A model generated the notes under the pieces. That model was not told the origin of the DNA. It did not search any database and was given only the letters and a program-made list of their open reading frames with translations. Shown here one piece after another: positions 21,410 through 31,700 of a stretch of DNA of 64,000 nt. The stretch is taken from contig NIVC01001818.1 of NCBI GenBank assembly GCA_002269645.1, positions 1-64,000 of the forward strand, given 5' to 3'. Position 1 is the stretch's first letter; each line of letters starts with the position of its first letter. The position numbers and the translations under genes are program-made. The stretch comes from Macrostomum lignano (taxonomy: Eukaryota).

Positions 21410-23285
21410 GCATCAGAGTAGAAGTTATCGGCGTAATCTAATGGCCAGGACAAGATTAGCACACACTGAACGTAGCAAACTTTATCAGAACGTTCTTATT
21501 CTTATATAACCTAAGTTAACTTAACTTAGTTTTAATTACGTTCAAAACAGTTTTATTTTGGAAAATATTAGGCATATTTTAAATGCCTTTCTATTCTCAT
21601 TCTGTGTTGCATATTGTATATTATACTGCATACTGTGCTGGTTAATTTTTTTACTGTTTCTAATAATTAAAAACAACACGTTAGATTAAGTAGCATAAAC
21701 TACGGGTCCGACTTAAAATAAATATAGCTGCACTTTATATAACTGTTCTTTATAACTAAAATCAATATGAACGTTATTTACGAGCTAATACAAACAAACG
21801 TAGTTATGTTGAAAATTTCGCTAAAAGTTTGAGGTTTTTTATATTGTGTATATAGTCTTTACCTTCGATATCGAGTACTACGTGCGCCTTTATATGGTTT
21901 TTTCCTATTGTATCAGATATTTTATATCAGAAGCGCTTGAAATTCTCACTTTTTATGTACTATAAATGGTTAGAAATTATCGTTTTTTTCAAACTCCAGC
22001 TTTTCTATTTCTGCTCATTGTATGTGCCTACGATACATTGTGTTACATATGATACTACTATACCTATATGATACAAGTATGAAATCCTAATCAGATCACG
22101 TTTAAAATAATAATTTGCCGTTTCATTTGACTCAAATCGAAATAATAAAATTAGAATTGCGTGCAATTCAAGTACGCTCTCCTACAATCGCAGCTGAAAA
22201 CTTCAATTTACAATATAAAATTTCGTTTTAATCTGTTCCAATAGAAAAATCTCGTGGAAGTTGTAGCACATATAAATAAATAAGCGTGCATATATTTTAC
22301 CTAATTACCACACTTTCTAGAAGTTTTGTTCGGTAAATTAGATGCATGAGTAAAATTCGCTCATAGAGCTGCACATACAGGCCACAGACTATCATGGAGC
22401 TACAATTATATATTCGTAAAATTGACACTGCTTATTGATTCACACCGTACTATAAATTTTTTTCACAGTGGCTTTATGTTTAATGTACCCAGTCTCAAAG
22501 TTGCCTTTTCAACCTCAAATGTGACACAAGTAAAACTTCGATGGTATATTTTTCGACTGTAACGGGTTAGGAAGGCCTAACGTTTTCATAAAATCCCTGA
22601 CTCCCTGGTCTAAAGTCACTAAATGATGCAAATCAAAAATGGTATAGCAAATTAAAGCGAAATGTGGCTCAACTCAGACAAAGAAGCAAGATCTACACCA
22701 AAAGTCTACACAGAAGAATTTTGGAACTAGATATTGTTTAATTTAGCAAGCGTGTTTACTGTTTTTATTCTTATTACTGTTTTTACAATTCCTCTTTACC
22801 GGCTGTCGAAAATGATCTCTTTAACATAAACTGTCACATATTGTTACTTTCAGCAGTCCCAATCCCATTTGGTTCCATATTGTCCCGTTTGGTCCCATTT
22901 GGGTCTACTTATTTACATGCTGAGATTCTACCAAAAAACGCAATTCCATCATTTGAAAGTACGTGTGGCAATTAGGTATTCGGGATTTTTAAATGGTGTT
23001 GCTACTAATAATTGTATTATTTTTTAGTTTAACCAGCCATTAGATTCCTACGGTTGGCATCTCAAGTTTCCAATAACGTTTTGACCATAGATTTTTTCGG
23101 GTGAGCATTTTCCATCCTTGATTTAACACCATTTATCAAATAAAATCTACTTTTATCGAGAATTATAAAAAATATTGACTCTGTTAAGCAGCTTGCTAGA
23201 AATAAAGCAAAGACCCTTGGTAATTACACTCGTAATGTTATATTTTGATCGAAGTACATCGAAGCACGATAACTACAGCAAGTAA

Positions 23286-24168
23286 ATGAAAACCTATTCG
23301 CAAAGTTCATCCAAATCCGCTTTGTCTGGAAGCAGTCCTTCCAACTGGGAGCAGAGCCAGTATTCGTGGCAAAACTCCGCAAAGTCTGTCCAATCAAGCT
23401 CGTCTCGATTTACCAAATGCCGTCTGGCCGCGCTGCAGAACTTTCTAGAGGCGAAACTAGCAGAAACAGAGGCGACCTCGAGTCGCATGCATCGGGGCGT
23501 CCCTCCGTGCAAGGCAATTCGCGAGCTCTATTGGGTGCGAGAACCCGGAGAAAAGCTGCTGCCCGGAGATCGATTGGGACTGCTGATCTGGCAGTACAGC
23601 ATGATGAAGGCGGCGCGGAAACTGCTGGCCGAGCACGAGAAGAAACAGCGACAGCAGATGACGAATTATCAATCCAGTCAGTGTGAAGACTCGCTACCAA
23701 CTAGATTTGAGACAGTTTGTAGCGAAACACCAAGGTGAGTAGGAGATACCAGTTCTCATATAAAGGATCTTCAAAAATATCATGGGATATGCTTATTTCT
23801 TATAACCTGACAGGTCAAACGCAGAGGTTAGGCAACACCAAAGTGAAGATTTTCTCCATCAGCAGCAGTGTTGCTGGGATTTATCTCAAGCGACACCAAT
23901 GCCCACTGACAATAACGAGAACTTATGCACGCTGGCACACACCATCCATATTAACGATGACGACGAGGAATACAATTTGCCCAGCAGCGATGAGTCGAGT
24001 GCTTCGTCGCACCGCCATGGCACTCTTCCCTCAAGTCTTCAATTCGATCGCAAACCAATCGAAAAATTTGCAACCAATCAGCAGGCAGCAACAAAGACAC
24101 CTTTGCAACGAGGTTGTCGCTTTCTCTGCCGTCGGATGCTGTGCCACTTTGGCGCAAATTTTCGCTAA
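23286..24168 (+). CDS. Orphan two-exon gene, about 267 aa, no recognisable domain
   Basis: Exon 23286-23734 (ATG with A at -3, GC3-rich codons, donor AAG|GTGAGT); 79-nt intron; pyrimidine-rich acceptor ctgacag|23814 restores the frame through DDDEEY to TAA at 24168. Confidence 0.6.
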
Positions 24169-24369
24169 ACCGTTCTGACAGTTTGTACTGTCGACTAATG
24201 CGCGTACCCTTATTTATGTTCAATTGGAATGTACATAAACGATACTGCGTAAGATGCAAGAATTTGACGTTAAATAATTTACAAAACTGCACTGCACTTG
24301 CACTATACTTGCGTGTTTTCTTTCAACTGATAATAGCTTCTTTAACTTGATCAGACTTTCATTTCTAGC

Positions 24370-24654
24370 GGCTGGTTGTAGCCTAGTGGTTAGAGCGTCG
24401 GACTTACGACTGAAACAATTTGTGTCCTTGAGCAAGACACTTAACTCCGCATTGCTTCAGTTCACCCAGCAGTAAAATGAGTGCCAGCATCAGCAGGGTT
24501 AATTGAGGGCGACCCCCTCCCAGTCCTTGGGCTGAACAGCCGTACGCAACCTTCAGATGCGCCGTGCAATAGCTGCGGCTGAGCTGTCGGTTGCACATCT
24601 GCCCTGGGCAGATGTAATCAATTATTATTATTATTATTATTACTATTATTTATT
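24370..24654 (+). mobile_element. tRNA-derived SINE with CORE (MIR-like) central domain and (ATT)n tail
   Basis: tRNA-like head with A box TAGCCTAGTGG (B box appears deleted). 24421-24482 GTGTCCTTGAGCAAGACACTTAAC...CTTCAGTT...AGTAAAATGAG resembles the remembered MIR CORE consensus. (ATT)n tail at 24621-24654. Confidence 0.7.
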
Positions 24655-25529
24655 AGTGGCTAAAATATTTGATCCTTTCCCATAGTTGTCCCCTGAATCC
24701 CAAAATGCCTTTTTAGATCCTTGCAGCGAGTTGAAATCCAGAAATTCAGACGAAGCCGGGAGTTAATGGGTCTGCGTACGTACTTGCATTTCCCTATACG
24801 CAAACAAGAGAAAAATACGGATTGTGCTATTGAATGAAGTCTAGGCATGGGGGAGAGGGTGCTTGCACACTCCACTCCGTTGTCAATGGCAGTAGGTATC
24901 TGATTGGATTGCCCGTCTCTATCTAATTAGAGGCTTCTCCATACTAACTCAATACCATTCTCTTCGGTTCTCTTTCTCCCTCTCTCTCATAAAGTGACCA
25001 TCCAGTCTGTACAGCGAGCAGACAGCAGAGAGGCCGAAAACCTATCCTAACTGCGTCTCATGCCCTTTGTGCTTTTCAATTCTTTGCCGTTACAGGCTGG
25101 AAAAAATTACGACGGGGGCACAATAAGACAGTTTCTGGCGGCTCAACCTCTTTAGCTCGTAAACAGGCTAACCCTTCCCTGGCTTTGAGCTTCATCATTT
25201 TTAACCAGGCTTCGTACGCTTTTAAGGCGAGCAAAACACAGAAGAATATAGAGCGAGCCAGCTGTGAAAAAATAATAAGCGCGCTGCCCTGCTATGGCGA
25301 ACACAGCATAGTGACTGCTATAGTGAGACTGTGCGCTTCCAAAGAAGCAGACAGTGGAGTGGCGTCAGCAACCAAGAGACCAAACATTCACTGTCACCCT
25401 CTGCCAGTCTCTTTTTCTGTCTGGCCCGTGGCTTCGACTGCGTCTTTATTTTTCTGCTGCTCCGCCCCGCTATTTAGACGCCTTCTTGAACCCTAGAAGC
25501 CTACAGACATTGATAAACAAGCAGCTACA

Positions 25530-27360
25530 ATGTACATGACTAAGCGTCAAGACGAAGACCAATTGACTGTGCGATTAACGCTGCATAAAGAGATGCTGCA
25601 GCCGAAAGTCAAGCGACCACTGGGACCTGGGCCGGCGACCGCCTCCGGAGCAACTGCACCTGCCTCGGCGTCGCAAGGTCAGCCACAGGAACGGGAGCCG
25701 ACCATCTCTATAGTGCCAGTGTTCTATTCTAATATTATGCCACCGGGTTCGCGTCAGTTAAACAAAGAGTCAAGCGTTAATAGCACCAAGATGCTGCTGA
25801 GACGGCATGCGCACGTTCCTAAGCGAAATCTGAACGCTCACGAGTTTTTCAAAGCCATTTATCAGGTCTGTTCAACTGTGGAAAGTACCTTTGTGATATG
25901 AGTACGAAGCATACACTTTTTGAAGAACTTAGAGTAGTCCATTTTTAGCCTGTTGCTAGGCGTTGCATATTTCGTATCAACGATGGCTAGATTACTAAAG
26001 TTATACAAGAACATGCTACATGTACATCTATATATTTTGAAAATTCATAAAAATTACCAAGGTTTTATAATTGAGTTTTTGTTATTAGATAGCCTCGCCT
26101 AGGATAATTAAGGCACATAATATTCTGTAGGTTCAGTATTATTATTATGTAATTTACCCTCGTACCAGAGATTCAATGGTGAATGGTGATTTAATGATTC
26201 AATGTACGTGTAATAGCTTGTTTATGACAATACTTGTATGTAAATTTCAGTGCTTTAAATGCGACGCAAACGTTAATGACAAAACACCGTTACTAAGTAA
26301 CCAAGCGTGTCCTAAATTCTAGGGCCAACTGTCGGACATTCTGTACTTCCTACGTGTAGTCAGCATTCGCAGCGTGGACCCGGCCGATGGTAAGACGCCT
26401 CTGATGGCCGCATTGCACATAGGCGCCGAAAAAAGACGCCAGGAAGTGTTCAACTACCTGGCTCATCATGGAGCTGTCTATGACGGAGTTGACGACCAGT
26501 ACAGACGGGATCTAGTTGGCTGGGCAACAGCGCTGGGTCGGCACGAGGAGTTGCGCGATATTTTGCGGGACACAACGGAAGAGGTGAGTTGTCGCTTTGC
26601 ATGCAAAATATTCATATCAGTAGAAGTTTTTCAGTGGTATTAGCAAAATCCACTAGTAGCTTAAGACATCCTCATCGAAATTAATTCCTTTTATTGCATA
26701 TCTTTTCAGGTCAACCTTCAGTACCGCGACGCCCTCGGTCTCACTTATATGCACCTCGCGGTGATGTCCGGCAGCTTACCCACCGTAGAGATCATCATCG
26801 ACGAGTTTCGTCGGCTAGACGTCAGCGTAGACATGCCTGACGCAGAGGGCATCACGCCTTACCTGTTATCGAGGAAGCTGGGCTACACCCGTATCTCGCA
26901 GTGCCTTCAACAGCGAGGCCGCGCTAGCGCACACAAAAGCGACCCAGTAAGTTTACGCAGTCCTCGTGAATGGTCGGTCATCGGCCGGCAAGAACGGCTG
27001 ATGGCGAAGCAGCAGCTGTTGCGGTACACAAATCGAGCGGTGCTGCCGCTGACCGAGGAAGAGTCACCAATCGAAGCTCTCCCGGTGCCGCCCGTGACCG
27101 AACGCGGCGAGACCTACGCTGAGATTCGAATGCATCTGCTGGCGCCGCCAACTAGCAAGACCTCGCAGCAGCTGGTACACGACGTTTTCGATTTGTGGAG
27201 CGAGCAGCACAGGCCCAGCTACCGACGTGGAGCCGCTCGGGCGCGTTGGCTCGATCAGGATGTCGGAAAGAACGACGCCGGTGGCCGGGGCGGTGGCGCC
27301 GGCGGAAGGTTCGGCAAGAAAAACGCGACGGGCAAGCGGAGTCGGTTGGCAAATAAATGA
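25530..27360 (+). CDS. Ankyrin-repeat protein (about 415 aa)
   Basis: Exons 25530-25865, 26323-26583, 26710-27360, all phase 0. ANK motifs DGKTPLMAAL, LGLTYMHLAVMSGSLPTVEIII, DAEGITPYLLSRKLGYTRISQCL. Confidence 0.85.
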
Positions 27361-27800
27361 CTTTATGTAGCAAACAAAGTTTTTCTTTTTGTCTTCTGTG
27401 ACCTTGGTCAAGAGATGATTCGTTAAATGTAGATTTATTAATTGTTGCTAATGTATTACGTTGTTAATGTTTATTTTTATCGGCGAATCAATCGATAAGC
27501 GAGAACCCAATAGAGCCTATATAAACCCTATATGTAGTCAGATGCTTCTGATTTTATAAGCACTGCGTCTGTATATAAGACTGGCTTTAACTTGATTGAG
27601 ATGTACAGAGTTAAGAGAACCGATATTGTTCTAATATTCGTATAGTTTAAAATGAACGTGAATTAGGGTTAATTTTTTCTATTAGTTTTCTATCAAGTTC
27701 TTCTTCGAATAAAAGAGTTCAGAGATTGACTAACACAATTGTCACTACTTGAAATTTACTGATAGTAGTGTGAATTCTGATACTCTGTGACTTTATCAAC

Positions 27801-27882
27801 TTGGCGAAAAAAGAACCTCAAAAGTCCCAAAAAAGAAGAGCTTGGCGAAAAAAGAACCTCAAAAGTCCCAAAAAAGAAGAGC
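27801..27882. repeat. 41-bp perfect tandem duplication
   Basis: TTGGCGAAAAAAGAACCTCAAAAGTCCCAAAAAAGAAGAGC twice. Confidence 0.9.
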
Positions 27883-28629
27883 TTTGACAGAACTGTTGAA
27901 TAGTTCAGCTCAGCGGCTCTCGGAGTGCCAGCAGAATGCATGCAGGAGGCGGCTGCATCACTCGAGCTGGCAAGTGAACAAGTAATTCGCGCTGGGTTTC
28001 TTCCACCTAATACTCGACCCCATTTTCTCCAGCAGCACTCCAGCTTTCAGCCTCATAAATCAATCTCCAGTCTGAGTGCGGACCTGGATGTCCAGCTTAA
28101 TACTCACACCCCCATGCATTATATAAAAGAATTGAAGAGCAGTAAAAGAGCTTTGGCTGAGAAGCGAAGCAAATCGAGCTTGCTACCCAATTTTCTAAGT
28201 CTATTTCTGACCAACTTAATTGCTTGGAGACTAATTTGATAGAAGCTCTACTTGAGGAATATCGTATTAGCGCTATGGGATACGGATAGATGCTATGAAA
28301 CCTTCTCAAGTACTCGATAGCATTATAAATTTACTAATGTGAATACTTCATTGCCTTTACTTAGCTATAACTACGAGCTATAACCCTTGCTATGCGGATA
28401 TACTTCAATATATTTATTAATAAACTTCACTCCAATTGTAGATAAGTGGAAGAAAATAAGATTTCCAACAAAAGCAATTAAGAAACGTACGCATTTTAAT
28501 TAATAAATATCGAGACTGTGATTCAAGTTGCAAAATTTGAATCGCAACACGAGGTAGAATCCAGTACTCGGAATTAGATACTTTTCAGAAGCTAATCACT
28601 CAGAAAAGCAGAATCACTTTCTAGTAAAC

Positions 28630-28799
28630 GTCAGTCAGTCAGTCAGTCAGTCAGTCAGTCACTCAAGTCAGTCAGTCAGTCAGTCAATCAGTCAGTCAGT
28701 CAGTCAGTCAGTCAGTCAGTCAGTCAGTCAGTCAGTCAGTCAGTCAGTCAGTCAGTCAGTCAGTCAGTCAGTCAGTCAGTCAGTCAGTCAGTCAGTCAG
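28630..28799. repeat. (TCAG)n microsatellite
   Basis: About 40 units with two interruptions; abuts and overlaps the nAChR stop codon. Confidence 0.95.
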
Positions 28800-31700
28800 A
28801 CAGTCTTAGGCAGCTGTGGCAGCGGTGGGAGGGTGCAGTCCAGCCTTTCGGCTGGGTCATAATGGTCCAGTGACTCCGGATGTGACCTGGGAATGAGTAG
28901 CAGTACAGCGATTAGGATAGCCAGAGTGTAGAGCGTGAAGAAGGCCCTGTCCAGCACCATAGCCATAGCTCGCCACTCCATCGCTATGAGGTTACGCTTC
29001 TCCTTGTCGCGCAGCCTGCCAAGGTATAATCGCAGGTGCCGCTTGACCTCGTGCACCTCGCGTTCCAACGGGCCGCTGGGTCGCGACAAAATCGGCGAAT
29101 GGTCCGGGGTTGCTTTCAGACCGGACATAGCCTCCTCCACAGTGGCCGGAGGTCGCTGATCGCAGCCGATTGTGAAGTCGGCCTCCGACTCCGCAACACT
29201 GTTGTCGAATTTGTTGTGCCGAAGCGGTGGCACTCGACGAAGACCGGCCACCGAAGCCAGCAACAGCGACTGCGGCGGCTGCGTTGGCGTCTTGTCCAGC
29301 TCTTCGCAACGCACTGGCGGCAGAGGAACCGACTGTCGCACGAGGAACAACCGGCCGAGGCCCTCGACTACTAATCTGCGTAAAATTGGATTTAAGCGTC
29401 CCTGACTTTCGGCTCGAAAGTAGAGATTAAGTACGATAGTTGCCAGGAAGGTGCTTAGCGTTATGAGAATCATGTTGAGGCAGTAGAAATAGCCGATGAG
29501 TGGAAAGGTGCGAACCGCGCTGGGAGTTGTCTCCGCTAACAGCAGGAGAAGAATGAAAAATGCCACGAAGATGTTCATGCCAAGCTGGGTCTTCGCTGGC
29601 GACTCGGGTGGCAGCCAGAAGATCACCCAGGTGAGACATGACAGCAGAATGCAGGGCAGGACCAAGATTGACAGGTAGAAAGCCGGATTTCGGTGCATGC
29701 GGATCTTGTACTCCAGTTTCTTGTAGGTCCGATTGTACAGCCGTCCGCTTGGGTCCTGATAGGTGACGTTAGTGCAGCGGATCTGTGACCGAATTTGTCG
29801 ATTGCGTAGCGACGGTCGAACTCGATACTCGTCTTGGCCGTCCGAGTACCACTCGTTGCTCTTGATGTAGTTGGTAAAGTCTACGTACGGATTGGGCTCA
29901 TAGCTGAACGGCTCGTACTGCAGAGTGTCAGTGTGGTTGGTGAAAGTTATTTTACTCCTTGACCTAGCAGTAGTACGTGAATCTACGCAAATGAGTGAAA
30001 ACCGGTTGTCGCGTGACCAGACAACATTTGCCTAAACATTCCCGTAGTGGCGTAGTAGTTTAGAGAGCACCCATGACCTCTATCGAAACAGTGCTCGAGA
30101 GAGCTGGCAAAATTATTACAACCCGCAAGTACTTGAGAGCGTCTGCATTAAGCAGGATCAATCGACTTTGGCCCCGCTATGCAGTCGGGCAACAATAGAA
30201 GAGACGTTAAGAGAGAAAGAATAGAAATTATGTACGTAAAAAAGTCCCTATTATCACTTCAGTCACGCACATGCAACCAAAACGTGATTAATTGATTAAT
30301 AATTTACTGCAACAAGAGAAATGCGAGAGTCCCCGCGGAAGCTCATGGCTCATTCATACGAGGTTTAGCTGGCACAGGCGTCGAGATTATTAGTGAGCCA
30401 CCCGGAATTGAGATCTGAAAACGTGTTTTTTACTTGACTTCATTTTTTCTAGCTTTCGTTTATGGAATCGGCGAATGCTGGGAAGGGGGCTGCCGCTGTC
30501 CTCTCTTCTTTTCGTCTCTGCAACTCATCTCATATTAAATTGTTGCACGCGGAACCATGGCTATAAAACTCCCACGGGTCCAAGAGAAATTGAATTTCTG
30601 AAGTCCTCGGCTACAACATTTTTGTCCCATTTTCAGGGCAACATTCGTGTTGATTCGAGAAAGCCAGTGTATTTTCGAAATACCGTTTTACTCGTATTAT
30701 AGCTACGCAGTTTTCCAGCAACCCATCGCTGATTTGTACTTTTGCAGAACTTTTGCAGAATCTCGTATCTTTGACTGGTATATGCACCTGCGTGTCTATG
30801 GGTGATACACCCCTGTGTGTCTATGGGTGGTACACCCCTGTGTGTCTATGGGTAGAAATGTAACCCTGCGTGTCTATGGGTGGTAATGTACTCATGTGTG
30901 TCCATGGGTGATGTACACCCCTGTGTGCATTTACCCCCATTGTGCACTTGCCTGTGAAATTTACCCCCTGAGTGTCCATGAGCGATGTCTCCCTGTGTGT
31001 CTATGGGTGATGTATCCCTGTGTCTATGGGTAGTAATGTATCCCTGTGTGCCTATGGGTGATGTAGCCCCCGTGTGTCTATGGGTGATGTACCCCTGTGT
31101 TTCCATGGGTACTAATTTATCCCTGTGTGTCTATGGGTGATGTATCCATGTGTGTCTATGGGTGATGTATCCATGTGTGTCTATGGGTGATGTATCCCTG
31201 TGTGTCTATGGGTGATGTATCCCTGTGTGTTTATGGGTAGTAATGCACGCGCAGAGTTTTTTTCACAAGCAAAGAATTTTCACCATTTATTTTGGTAATC
31301 GCAACTTCAGCGGGGTCATAAAGAAGCCTCACTACTGCACTGCAAGTGTAGAAAGCTTGTTCTCTGTCAAGGCCTAATCTTAAGCTTTTAGAGCTTCTAA
31401 GATGAAAGCAGTGCATAGCCGACCAAGTTGTGTCCATGTCAGCCAAACACGAGTTTTTTTCTCTTGCATGACCTATGAATGACGGTTTCATTAGAACTGC
31501 CTTGTTTGGTTCAGAAAATTACATAATATTCTCGTAGACATCCTGACTTGAATTACTAAATTTTGTGAGCTTCTGCAGAGGTATTGCTGTTAGAATTAAT
31601 AATACTGATTTGACTAATGGTAAATCTTACTTTTCTAGTATAAGCTATCTCTATATTTAATTCAGGATCAATTTGTATCTTCCTTTACTATTTTTCATCA

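Noticed and set aside
23294-23512. Minus-strand ORF with protein-like text (RDELDWTDFAEFCHEYWL)
   Set aside because: Antisense shadow of the + strand orphan exon; short, bounded by a stop, no ATG or splice support.
27925-28239. 104-aa ORF between the ankyrin and nAChR genes
   Set aside because: No recognisable motif, no convincing splice sites, mixed codon usage.
28935-29678. Several + strand ORFs overlapping nAChR exon 2 (similar shadows over ferlin, TLR, ankyrin and Ig exons)
   Set aside because: Alternative-frame or antisense shadows of GC-rich real exons.
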